DNA of 63,622 bases, counting the filler, from Octopus bimaculoides (Eukaryota), in assembly GCF_001194135.2 (NCBI RefSeq). It is 5 parts of 5 records of this genome, joined end to end, with 100 filler letters (N's around TTAATTAATTAA, not from the genome) between each part and the next. Parts side by side here need not be neighbours in the genome. Positions count along the whole stretch, not along the records: positions 29,321 to 45,205 come from NC_068995.1; positions 45,306 to 53,863 come from NC_069005.1; 3 more parts are not named here. The stretch is one strand, 5' to 3'. Positions 39,270 through 51,607 of the stretch are shown piece after piece. The stretch's first letter is position 1. Each line of letters begins with the position of its first letter. The notes under the pieces were generated by a model. It was not told where the DNA came from. It ran no database searches and saw only the letters and a program-made list of their open reading frames with translations. Both the position numbers and the translations under genes were made by a program.

Positions 39270-40500
39270 CTTACGCAAAGAAAAAAACCCCAACTTTTGT
39301 GCAGTTGTGTATGAAACAAAGCTAAATAATCTACTAATTATTCATTGTTGAGGTTGTCTTTAAATACTGGTAACGAAGAAGCTCCAGATGTTGTTTGTTT
39401 ACTTTGTAATATTACTATCAGTAAACTGTTCTTTGACACCAGAAATATTTCGAAGATATGTGGAAGCAAATCATCCGACTTATAAAGATAAAACAATTTC
39501 TTTTGTTTTAAGGGAAACTTGAAAGACGCATTAATTCTGTAAGATTCATATTTAAACAACTTCAAACCAGATAGAGAGAAAGCGACAGAAGCGGCGAATA
39601 TGGCATGTTACGGTATTGCATTATTCTCTCTTCTGAAGTACTTGGGGAATAACTTGTAAAACATTGCGTAAAATTTATCGTCGTGTGTGTTTGATGCAGA
39701 TTCTGCTTAAAAGAACAACAGAAATCTGGGTCTCTTTCCATGACTACTATATCTTCTCTATCTCTCTGTGTTGACAATATTTCTGATGACTTTAAAGCAG
39801 ATGTTATTTCAATATTTAAATGTACATGGCGCTTATGTATTATTACGACATGAAAGTACAGCATGGCAATTTTATTTCGTTATATTTTATATTTTTATAA
39901 AAAAAAAAAAAAAAGTTTCTCTTTAATGCGATTATTTCGAAATGCAAAATGCGGGAAATAATTTTATAAAAACGCACTTTATTATTTAGAGTTATACGTA
40001 TCGTAACAATAGCAAAAGCGCAAATATATTGCCAGGAAAAGTAGCTGGTACTATAAAAGGAATAAAGAATGTTGCAAAAGCTGGAATAGTTATCATTGCA
40101 TCCAGTTGCTTTAAAATCAATTCTAGATGAAGCCGTAATGGTCATCAGCTGTATTTCATCCCGACCATTGTATTCGTGTATTATATTTTTCAAATCCTAT
40201 TTTGAAGATGTGGGTGATTTTTGCAGCGTTTCCTAGAATTTAGATCGCAATCTCGAAATAATATTCGTGTGTGAATGTTTGTATTACGTTAAGAAGCGTT
40301 GGCATATTTTATCGATCTTGAATTTTGATTATCCGTCAGATTTACAAATGTACCGTGGCTATAAAGAATCGCATGTTTTGCTAAGACTTTGGGGGAAACT
40401 AAAGCATTACGTTTATCATTGAAAACGGAAAGAAGTGAATATTTTTGAAGCCGAATTAAATTTGAAACGTTGGAGCTAGGGAACTTTGTGTTCTTGGATT
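39270..40500 (+). mobile_element. Fossil hAT DNA transposase, Charlie/Buster (ZBED8/FAM200/SCAND3-like) group
   Basis: Collinear broken peptides: TGNEEAPDVVCLLCN (BED finger start), RRYVEANHPTYKDKTISF, EKATEAANMACYGIA, LPGKVAGTIKGIKNVAK and LKSILDEAVMVISCISSRPLYS, matching Buster-type motifs (e.g. LRRHLETNHP, KATEASYLVSYRIA, VLDEAVKIVNFIKSRPLNSR). Terminal inverted repeats were not confidently found. Confidence 0.8.
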
Positions 40501-41139
40501 CTTTCTGGTTTTCGCGATAAAGCTAAACGTAATTTTTGCAGCACATTATAATCACTAACCGAGAGTCCTACGAAATTTGAAGAACGAAACTAATTGTTAA
40601 GCACAAAAAGAAAGAAAGAAAAAATAAAGAAAACAAACACCAATTTAATTTCTCACGGTGGATTCTGGAAATTCAATAGGAATTAGTTCACAAAATTAAG
40701 TAAAGTCTAAGTTTGAAGGTATTTTCTTTGGCAATTTCGATGCTGCGAAATTATACACAATTACCAAAGTCGGATATTAGAGTCATTCTCTGTTGGAAAC
40801 AATGAATTTCTGTGAATACCTCGTTTCTGAGGACATAAAAAGAAAATAAAGATACTAACTATTCCAAAAGAACGATTAGTGAACTAGATATGAGAATTCG
40901 TTTAGCAGTATTAAATCCAATTTTCCGAAAATGTTAGTTTCCAAGAATAACTAAGTTATTTTTCACATAAACCATCCATTATTTTAATATATATTTGCAC
41001 CAAAGTAAAAAAATTATAACTGCTAGAAACGGAGATGTTTTCTTGTATATTTTTTCTGTTCAGAAGATACATGTGTGCATGTGTGTGTGTACGAGTGTGT
41101 GTGCGCGTGGGTGCGTGTAAGTAAAGTCTAATTGCTTAC

Positions 41140-41218
41140 CTGGTGTACCAGGAGCACCAACTTTCAGAGGTTCACAGTAATCTTTGGTAGTTCGACAGAA
41201 TTTATTGAGTGTGTTAAC
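41140..41218 (-). CDS. Candidate 79-nt internal coding exon, host gene unknown
   Basis: Strong acceptor (CTTTCTTTCTTTCTTGCAG|G) and donor (CCAG|GTAAGC). Only one frame is open: VNTLNKFCRTTKDYCEPLKVGAPGTP(G), phase 0 in, phase 1 out. It is a non-repetitive island among microsatellites. No family recognised. Confidence 0.5.
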
Positions 41219-41459
41219 CTGCAAGAAAGAAAGAAAGAAGGATGACACAAATAAAGAAATAACACCTTCTTCACCACCACCACCACCACAACAACAACAA
41301 CCTATTCATGACGACAACGATGACCACCAGCCCCAACGCCACCATCATCATGACGAAAGAGACGACGACAAAGAGGGTCACCATCACCACCACCACCACC
41401 AACATCATGACAACGAATACTCTCACCATCATATCCACCACCATCACCACGACTTTCCG

Positions 41460-41625
41460 CGGTGAGCTGGCGGAATGGTTAGCACGCCAGACAAATGCGA
41501 AACAGCATTATGCTGTAAGTTCAAATTCTTCCATGGCTGTCTATGCCTTTCATCCCTATGAGATCGATAAAATAAGTAACAGGAATCGACTTAGCCCCAC
41601 TTCTGAGCCGAAATTTCAAAATTAT
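41460..41625 (+). mobile_element. SINE family B
   Basis: GGTGAGCTGGCGGAATGGTTAGCACGCCAGACAAATGC...AAGTTCAAATTC...TTTCATCCCTATGAGATCGATAAAATAAGT. Confidence 0.75.
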
Positions 41626-42164
41626 TATTTGTTGTTGTTACGGTCTTCACCATCATAATCATCTTCATAACCATCGTCGCCTTCATCATCATCATCATCG
41701 TCGTCGTCGTCGTCGTCTTCTTCATTATCATTATTAGTACATCTTCAGCAGAGAGTCGGAAGTGTCTACAACGCAAGTAATTATCGTTGATTGGTACTTA
41801 TTGACATAGAAAGGAGAGGGTGAAAGAGGAGATAATGGCGGCGGCGACGATGGTGAGGATTATGTCACTGGCACAGATGGGAATAATAAGGTAAGTGCTT
41901 TCGGTAATTATGAATCTAATGACTAGGAATGACATGACAGTGGTTACACTGATGATCACGGTGTCGTTGCTGCTATTGTTCTTGTGGTGCTACCGGTGAC
42001 AATGGCAACGTTGGTTGCAGTCGGAATCATGGATTAAATATACGCTGTAATGAGAAAATGATTGACTGAAACGCGCCACAACCGTTGGTTCACTGATTTA
42101 TCTGCAATATGTGAATCCAGTGTTGGATTGAGACGGTTATTTTATGTATTCATTCATTCATTCA

Positions 42165-42228
<64 letters not shown>

Positions 42229-42707
42229 AGTATCTTGGATTTGCTCGTCTTCGTGTTCTGAGTTCAAATTCCGGCGAGGTCGACGTTGCTTCTCCTCCAT
42301 TCGAAGTCGGTAAAATGAATGTGAAAAATAAAAATTAAAACTAAAGAAATATTAATATAAAAACAATGTCACTGAGTAAAAATGGCTTCTTTTTATTGTA
42401 CCAACCAGAATTCTGGAGTCGATGTGGTCTACTTAAGCTCTTTTCCGAAATTGCTGGCATGGTGCTAAACTATGAAATCGGTATTTCACGACTGAGAGCA
42501 GAATTATACACGGCATATACTTCTGACAGTAACCGAGTACATAGACATTGCGGATTGATATTGAAGCGTTATTATTCCTGATATTATTTTTATTGTAAGG
42601 GGTGATAGTGCATCAAAGAAAATGTCTTGCTGTATTAATTTCCGTTCAGAGATCGAATGTTGCCAACGTCAATTTTATCATTCTTCCATACCGGGACAAA
42701 CACACAC

Positions 42708-42746
<39 letters not shown>

Positions 42747-43387
42747 ATAATAATAATGATAATAAAATAGCTGTAACATTAAATGCAGGCATGGATATTA
42801 ATCAACAATAACCCGTGTGCCAAAGTGAAAAAGCAAATTTATTTAAAATATAATTGACATGAAATTCATTAAGAATTAATTTATAATTCAATCATTTATT
42901 CAATTTCAGAAACCAAAGGAAACAAAAGTGTCCTGCGGTGCCAAGTAAAGACCATGCCTTTAAAACAGAATATTAGATGATATTCTCAAAAGTCAACAAT
43001 CACCACACCTTAACAAACTTTCGTGACATACACACAGAGCTTTGGAATTTCAAAGAAAAAGCAAGAAATGCTAATCAGCGTGACATCTTCGACTGAAGAT
43101 CACACAGAATCAGGGTTGGTACAATAAAAAGAAGCCATTTTTACTCAGTGACATTGTTTTTGTATTAATAATACTTTAGTTTTAATTTTTATTTTTCACA
43201 TTCATTTAATCATTCTTTTGATCTTTCTTCACCCTTTCATTCAATTCACTTATTCAGGCTTCTTCTACTGTTCGTTATTAGTAAATCTCACTGTTACTTC
43301 TCTCTTTTCTCTCTCTCTCTCTCTCTCTCTTACACATATACTGAATACATACATACATACATACATAAATAAATAAATAAATAAATA

Positions 43388-43455
<68 letters not shown>

Positions 43456-45305
43456 TATNNNNNNNNNNNNNNNNNNNNNNNNNNNNNNNNNNNNNNNNNN
43501 NNNNNNNNNNNNNNNNNNNNNNNNNNNNNNNNNNNNNNNNNNNNNNNNNNNNNNNNNNNNNNNNNNNNNNNNNNNNNNNNNNNNNNNNNNNNNNNNNNNN
43601 NNNNNNNNNNNNNNNNNNNNNNNNNNNNNNNNNNNNNNNNNNNNNNNNNNNNNNNNNNNNNNNNNNNNNNNNNNNNNNNNNNNNNNNNNNNNNNNNNNNN
43701 NNNNNNNNNNNNNNNNNNNNNNNNNNNNNNNNNNNNNNNNNNNNNNNNNNNNNNNNNNNNNNNNNNNNNNNNNNNNNNNNNNNNNNNNNNNNNNNNNNNN
43801 NNNNNNNNNNNNNNNNNNNNNNNNNNNNNNNNNNNNNNNNNNNNNNNNNNNNNNNNNNNNNNNNNNNNNNNNNNNNNNNNNNNNNNNNNNNNNNNNNNNN
43901 NNNNNNNNNNNNNNNNNNNNNNNNNNNNNNNNNNNNNNNNNNNNNNNNNNNNNNNNNNNNNNNNNNNNNNNNNNNNNNNNNNATATATACATTATTTTAT
44001 TTAAAATAGTTCCAACTCTGTCTCTTTTTTATATTTTATTTATATTCTTGTAAAATTAATGTGGGATATAGAATATGGAATATATAATATATAACACAAA
44101 AATAGATGGTACAATGAAATGACGTATTGAATGTCTTATTGAATATATGAAATATGTCTTATTGAATATATGAAATATTGAGTGTTCAATATAAAAAAAT
44201 AAATATATAAAGGCGANNNNNNNNNNAAATATTGAGTGTTCAATATAAAAAAATAAATATATAAAGGCGAATACGTATTTTCATACCTTGTGGTATTCAT
44301 CATGGCCTTCGTCTGACACACGCTGAATTGTGTCTAGTACACTATCTAATCACGTTTTCCATTAAATGGTATGTGAAAAATTAAATTCATCTCACGACTC
44401 TTATGTCCACGCTACTTCGAGATTCACCGATATTCACGTTGTACGGATGTCATATCAGTCCATTTTGTCCATTGATTTGTATTTGAAAATTGCTGATTGG
44501 TTCTTAATTTTAATACACCTTCACTATATGATACAGTGTCATGCGATAAATTTGCTGATTTGTTACTAGATTTTATGCTGTTCTCTAATTAGTTTTTGCT
44601 CTTCAAGCATTGTGCTCATAATTTTATTTGATTTTGCGCGAGATTAACAGTGGAACTATTTAGGGGCGTTTATATTGAGAATCCTGCTTCATGGCTGACT
44701 GACATTGATTTGGTTCTGAAAAGTGTAAGCCTTATTTCTTTTTTATATGTATATGTATAGAAGTATGAACACACAAACACCACCCCGGCACACACACAAA
44801 CGCATAAACACGTATATATTGAGAGGCAGAGAGCGCTCTAGACAAAGAGATGTATGAGGAGAGAGGCAAATGAAATCGAGTGTGACCGTCTTCAACATAA
44901 GTCAACACATCAATATGTATGTTTTACATAATAGAGATGGCGTGCAAGTTATGAATCACACTGTGAGGAAACGGAGAAATATACCTTGAAGAAAAACATG
45001 AGAAGGGAAAAACGGCACGACCAAATTCCAAATATTAATATCTCCTATGGAATAATTATTCTTTCCAGCTGCAAAAATACACACACACACACATACACAT
45101 ACACACACACACACGCACACACACACACACACATATATATATCTATATATATATATACATCTATATATATATATACATCTATATACATATATATATATAT
45201 ATATANNNNNNNNNNNNNNNNNNNNNNNNNNNNNNNNNNNNNNNNNNNNTTAATTAATTAANNNNNNNNNNNNNNNNNNNNNNNNNNNNNNNNNNNNNNN
45301 NNNNN

Positions 45306-45415
<110 letters not shown>

Positions 45416-45523
45416 GTGATGAACAATTACAAAGTAACATATACATTCTGATACCTGTATTTTAATTTACAAGACCACACAACTGTTTGTATACATAGTA
45501 CTCTCTCTCACACACGCACGCAC

Positions 45524-45557
<34 letters not shown>

Positions 45558-46562
45558 CGTATGTACGTATGCATATGTGTGTCTATATATATAAAAAAAC
45601 AAGCATGTATATAAATGCATATGCACACACACACACATATATATATATAAATATATGTATGGATGTATATGCATGTGTGCGTGTGGGTGTGTGCACGTGT
45701 GTGTGTGTGTGTGTGTTTCTGTGTGCGTTCATACGCATGTGTTGTGTTCGCCATTTTGTGGCCATTCCCTCTGCCTGGTACAGCTGTCGTAATGTTTGAT
45801 GTCGGTAACGCATTACTACATCCGGTCACGTGAGACGTCAAATGAACTCTAATAAAACGATAAAGCATTGATAACACACCTGCATCATGGATATTTNNNN
45901 NNNNNNNNNNNNNNNNNNNNNNNNNNNNNNNNNNNNNNNNNNNNNNNNNNNNNNNNNNNNNNNNNNNNNNNNNNNNNNNNNNNNNNNNNNNNNNNNNNNN
46001 NNNNNNNNNNNNNNNNNNGTGCGTGCGTGCGTGCGTGTGTGTGCTTGTGTGTGTGCGTGTGTGCGTGTGTGTGTGTATGTGTGTGTGTGTGCTTCTATGT
46101 ATGAACGTGTGTATGTATAAGCACAAATGTACATATAGTCAGTATGTACTAACACGTGATCTTAAAGACGGCGTCTTCACGATGACATGCGAGTTTAAAT
46201 GTAAAGATTATTTTAGTATATAGGTGTGAATGTGGAGAGTAAAAGATGAAATGCAAGAAGCTAAGGGGGTAAATTATTGAAGAAGTTTTGGGGATTTCTT
46301 ATATGGCAGTCGCCATATTTCATTCCACAACGGCTACCTCTGCTGAGTGGTGGGTTACATAATTGGACTGTTATCTAACATTCTGTTGAACCTCTAGTGC
46401 CAACTCGATTGGTAAGGTCAGCCGCAATGGATATGTAATACTGTGAAAGTAATTGTGCTTTACCAGTAAGCTACCAGTTATATAAACCATTCGTTTTATT
46501 ATATAATAATATATACATATATTTAGAAGATCGTCGTAGTTCGCTTGAAGCATTGTAGTACA

Positions 46563-46895
46563 GAAGAAGAAGAAACGAAGATGGAAATGAAGAAGGCTTC
46601 TAACAATGCAGAAATGAAAAACTTTAGCGAAAGAAATGTGTATCTGCGTAGATCCTGCCATTTGGAGAGCCGGGGGTACAATGACACCGTTTGCGTTTTA
46701 GTCCGGTGTTTGACCTAGCAGCAGTAGCTTTCCCAATGATGGTGCTGTTGGTGCCGTAGAGGTCACACGGACGGCGATGGTGGCAGACTGGCTGCTAACC
46801 TACAGCCAGTCTTCTGCCACCGCCCAGTCCTCCACCATCGCCTCCTTTCATCTCTGCAATGTTAGAAGCATTCGTCGTTTCCTTCTTCGTTTATT
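46563..46895. repeat. Nested inverted-repeat element: imperfect outer arms of about 55 bp enclosing a GC-rich inner hairpin
   Basis: 46563-46620 pairs imperfectly with 46846-46895 (GGCTTCTAACAATGCAGAAATGAAAA / TTTCATCTCTGCAATGTTAGAAGCA). The inner hairpin spans 46773-46842. Confidence 0.75.
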
Positions 46896-46931
46896 ATTTC
46901 ACTTATATCTATGTGTGTATGTGTATGTGTT

Positions 46932-46983
<52 letters not shown>

Positions 46984-47204
46984 CGTGTGTGTACGTGCGT
47001 GTATAAACACACATGCACATACACACACTCACACACTCACACATACACATACACACATTCACACACACACATGCACACACACAGACAAGAATACTCTATT
47101 TATTGTGTGAACGTTCACCCACGCGATAAATCAAGAAAAGACTCGACTAAATCATTTAAAGAATTTAACCTAACAACCACAATGAATAGCAACATTAATA
47201 TGGT

Positions 47205-47460
47205 AAACTAGTTGGACATTAGATGTAGATACTAGCAAATACCGATCCTATAGAAAGCCAAATGAGAGACTACTGTTTATATACAAACACTGCAATCGCC
47301 CTCTGTAATCTTGAAAAATGTCGTTAGTAATATTAGCAGACGTCACGCTAATATTACTTCTGACAGAATATTTTAGCTTTGCTGCATATTTGTACAATAG
47401 CACTCTGAAAGAAAAGAGATTGGTTTTATTGCTGCATATTTGAGCAAAAAACTGTTGTTT
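47205..47460 (+). mobile_element. Penelope-like retroelement fragment (RT thumb region)
   Basis: TLDVDTSKYRSYRKPNERLLFIYKHCNRP, then after a frameshift VILKNVVSNISRRHANITSD, resembling PLE KY.PYRKPN..PLYI...SNHPP.I.KN....ISRR....SS. Confidence 0.7.
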
Positions 47461-47589
47461 AGTGACAAAGGATAACATTTTCTACGTCACGATAGTATGT
47501 CCATCCATACTTATAAAACAACACGACCGCAAAATTTTCTGGTATAATCGTCCTTTTGGTTTGAATATAGCTGCTTCTTATGAAAGGTG

Positions 47590-47770
47590 CAAGCATCAGT
47601 CCTATCTTCGAAAAAGGTTGTAGAGCAGATTGTGGAAACTAGAGATGAATAGCTCTTCTATCAATAACTGGGAAGATCTTGGCTCGTATTCTGTTAAACA
47701 GAGTAAATGAGAATATCTACCCAAATGTCTTACCTGTGTGGTTTCCGTAGCGGAAGAAGCACTGTGGTTT
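47590..47770 (+). mobile_element. Short RTE LINE RT fragment
   Basis: Broken reading IFEKG..DCGN..SSLLSITGKILARILLNRVNENIYPNVLP..CGFRSGRST, typical of the RTE RT N-terminus. Confidence 0.75.
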
Positions 47771-48510
47771 AACGATGGCGGTGCAAATTATCGCTTTTGA
47801 TGGAGAGATTATATTGAGTAGTACCTTTCTATAGAGCTGCGTTTCTCATGCGGGGACCATATGATTTTGTTGTTCAAATTTATATGTATTAATCTGCTTA
47901 TATCTCTACAATGCCCAAAATATTTTAATATTTTTTTTATACAGTTCCTAATAATATTCAATCATAAAAATATAATAGGAGTTTTTTGACATCGAATGGC
48001 TATGAGGGCCCACCCATTCTTGAGTAGAATAGGTCCCAAAGGGGGCCATAGCTAAGAAATGGTTCATAACCACGGGTATAGACGAAGAGTTTTTCTAGCC
48101 ACATGTATAGTTTGAATGACCGATGTGCGTTCATTAAAAAGGAATGCCCACATTTGCATTACTTTCGACCCAACCCTCTTGTGTGTGTGTGTGTGTGTGT
48201 GTGTGTGCATGCATATNNNNNNNNNNNNNNNNNNNNNNNNNNNNNNNNNNNNNNNNNNNNNNNNNNNNNNNNNNNNNNNNNNNNNNNNNNNNNNNNNNNN
48301 NNNNNNNNNNNNNNNNNNNNNNNNNNNNNNNNNNNNNNNNNNNNNNNNNNNNNNNNNATATATATATATATATATGCATATATGTATGTGCATATGTCAG
48401 CTTTGTATAAACTGTGTGTGTAAAAGTGTACAGCCACTCGTATACATATATACACATGTATATTTGCTCAAGCGTACACATATCCATACATAGATACACA
48501 CGCGCATATT

Positions 48511-48553
<43 letters not shown>

Positions 48554-49315
48554 TGTACATGTGTGTGCGCGTGTGCGTGTGTGTGTTTGTGTGTGTGCAT
48601 GCGTGTGCGTATGCGTGTGTGCGTCCGTGTGTCTGTGTGTGTGTAAGAAAGAAAAAGAGAGAGTGTGTGTATGCGTAGTGTCAATGACACTGAGCAAAAC
48701 ATGACGACATAGCAATAATGTGTAAATTAATGAAAAAAAACAAAATCCTAGACAGTAGACAGTCTTAATAATAATCCGGTAGCTTCGCAATGTTTGCAGA
48801 TGTTTCTCTTGCTGCTCTTCTTTACCTTTTTATCTTAAATTATCTGAATTACTTTTGGACATGTCATCTTCTATCGTTAAAGACGTCTGCAAACTTACCG
48901 ACGTCATTCTTTCCTAAGGTGTCGTCTGCTTCTTCCAATGTCGCCTGCTTGTTTCAATGTCGTCTGTTTTTCTAATTTTCCTCACATAACGTTGTTTATG
49001 TCATGCACTCTGCTGCTTCTTCCTGAATCTATCAGGTTTTACGTAGTCACATGGAATTCTTTCAAATATTGGCACCACGCCAGCAAATCGTTTACTTCGA
49101 CATCAGAACTTAACTAATTCTTTGAGTCTGAAAGTCTTCAATCTTTGTCTTTATTTTATTTACAGGTATACATGTATATGTATTCTGCGCATCAAACCCA
49201 AGAAGTTTTCTCTGTTTATTTCCATCATGTAGCCGCTCTTACAGCTTGAATGAGCCAGGTTTTTGTGGGAAGCCTGAGAAACTTTAAGTCGCATGAAGCC
49301 GAATTAAACTGTTTA

Positions 49316-49410
<95 letters not shown>

Positions 49411-49420
49411 NNNNNNNNNN

Positions 49421-49512
<92 letters not shown>

Positions 49513-49527
49513 AATAATATATAAATA

Positions 49528-49650
49528 TGGGCGCAGGAGTGGCTGTGTAGCTTGCTTACCAGCCACATGGTTCCAGGTTCATTCCCACTGCGTGGCACCT
49601 TGGGCTAGTGTCTTCTACTATAGCCTCGGGCCGACCAAAGCCTTGTGAGT
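49528..49650 (+). mobile_element. SINE family A, 5' part
   Basis: GGGCGCAGGAGTGGCTGTG...GCACCTTGGGCTAGTGTCTTCTACTATAGCCTCGGGCCGACCAAAGCCTTGTGAGT. Confidence 0.85.
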
Positions 49651-50585
49651 GTGACCAACACGGTCACTACTACTGCTACAACCAACAAAAAATGCTCCCA
49701 CGTGGACTATTGACACCAGTAAGGAACAATTATGAACTTTTCATTTAATTTCATTTTTTTAAATATATATTTTGATAAGGTTCGTTTTTACAAGAACGGA
49801 AACATGTTAAAAATATCTGACAAAATTTTAAANNNNNNNNNNNNNNNNNNNNNNNNNNNNNNNNNNNNNNNNNNNNNNNNNNNNNNNNNNNNNNNNNNNN
49901 NNNNNNNNNNNNNNNNNNNNNNNNNNNNNNNNNNNNNNNNNNNNNNNNNNNNNNNNNNNNNNNNNNNNNNNNNNNNNNNNNNNNNNNNNNNNNNNNNNNN
50001 NNNNNNNNNNNNNNNNNNNNNNNNNNNNNNNNNNNNNNNNNNNNNNNNNNNNNNNNNNNNNNNNNNNNNNNNNNNNNNNNNNNNNNNNNNNNNNNNNNNN
50101 NNNNNNNNNNNNNNNNNNNNNNNNNNNNNNNNNNNNNNNNNNNNNNNNNNNNNNNNNNNNNNNNNNNNNNNNNNNNNNNNNNNNNNNNNNNNNNNNNNNN
50201 NNNNNNNNNNNNNNNNNNNNNNNNNNNNNNNNNNNNNNNNNNNNNNNNNNNNNNNNNNNNNNNNNNNNNNNNNNNNNNNNNNNNNNNNNNNNNNNNNNNN
50301 NNNNNNNNNNNNNNNNNNNNNNNNNNNNNNNNNNNNNNNNNNNNNNNNNNNNNNNNNNNNNNNNNNNNNNNNNNNNNNNNNNNNNNNNNNNNNNNNNNNN
50401 NNNNNNNNNNNNNNNNNNNNNNNNNNNNNNNNNNNNNNNNNNNNNNNNNNNNNNNNNNNNNNNNNNNNNNNNNNNNNNNNNNNNNNNNNNNNNNNNNNNN
50501 NNNNNNNNNNNNNNNNNNNNNNNNNNNNNNNNNNNNNNNNNNNNNNNNNNNNNNNNNNNNNNNNNNNNNNNNNNNNNNNNNNNNN

Positions 50586-50627
<42 letters not shown>

Positions 50628-50795
50628 CACACACACACACACACTAATATACAGGATACGGAGCTGTTAAATTCCCCTTAAATTTCAGTGTATTTGATGA
50701 CGTGTCAAATTTTTCGACGCACAATTGGGACCTGGTCATTGACACGGCTCCCGTGGGACTGGGTCAGTGTGACACACATACACACACATATACAA

Positions 50796-50836
<41 letters not shown>

Positions 50837-50989
50837 CCCCCTCAGACGCATACATACAGGCGCATGCACACAAACACTCCACACGCGCGTATGTACACAC
50901 GCACACACAAACACACATATAATTGCAGATTGCTTAATACAAAAATGTATGTTATGTATATGAAAATATATGAGCGCATCCTTAACCAC

Positions 50990-51350
50990 AGGCGTGTGTG
51001 TGTATGTGTGTGTGTGTGGCTAATAACCTTGCTTCCCAGTCTTGGGTTCAATCCCACTGCGCGATACGTTGGGCAAGTCTTTTCTAGTATAGTCTCGGGC
51101 CTACAAGACAGCTGTCATAAACACAAACACACAAGTATAATATATATATATATATATGGCCACCCACATATGTGTGTGTGTGTGTGTGTGTGTATACGAC
51201 GGGCTTCTTTCAGTTTCCGTCTACCAAATCCACTGACAAAGATTGGTCGATACGAGGCTATAGAAGACACTTGCTCAGGATGCCGCGCAGTAGGACTGAA
51301 CCCGGAACAACATGGCTGGGAAGTAAGCTTCTTACCACACAGCCACGCCT
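50990..51350. mobile_element. Inverted pair of SINE family A heads (+ at about 50990-51090, - at about 51197-51350)
   Basis: A degenerate plus-strand head (GGGTTCAATCCCACTGCG...TTGGGCAAGTC) faces a minus-strand head ending CACAGCCACGCCTG. Confidence 0.7.
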
Positions 51351-51559
51351 GTGTCTCTGTATATTATGTTGTGTTATATCCTATATCATTTAACTACACA
51401 TATATATTATACATGACTACGTTTATGTTGGTGTAATATACATGATAGAAATTCATATGAGAGAGTGCGCTCGCGCATTTGTTTATGTATGTACATATAC
51501 ATACTCTATACATATATTCATGTTCACATACACACAAACACACACGCACGTACATATAC

Positions 51560-51607
<48 letters not shown>

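Noticed and set aside
40320-40470. Possible mariner C-terminal motifs
   Set aside because: The match is weak, and the region is collinear with and better explained by the hAT transposase fossil.
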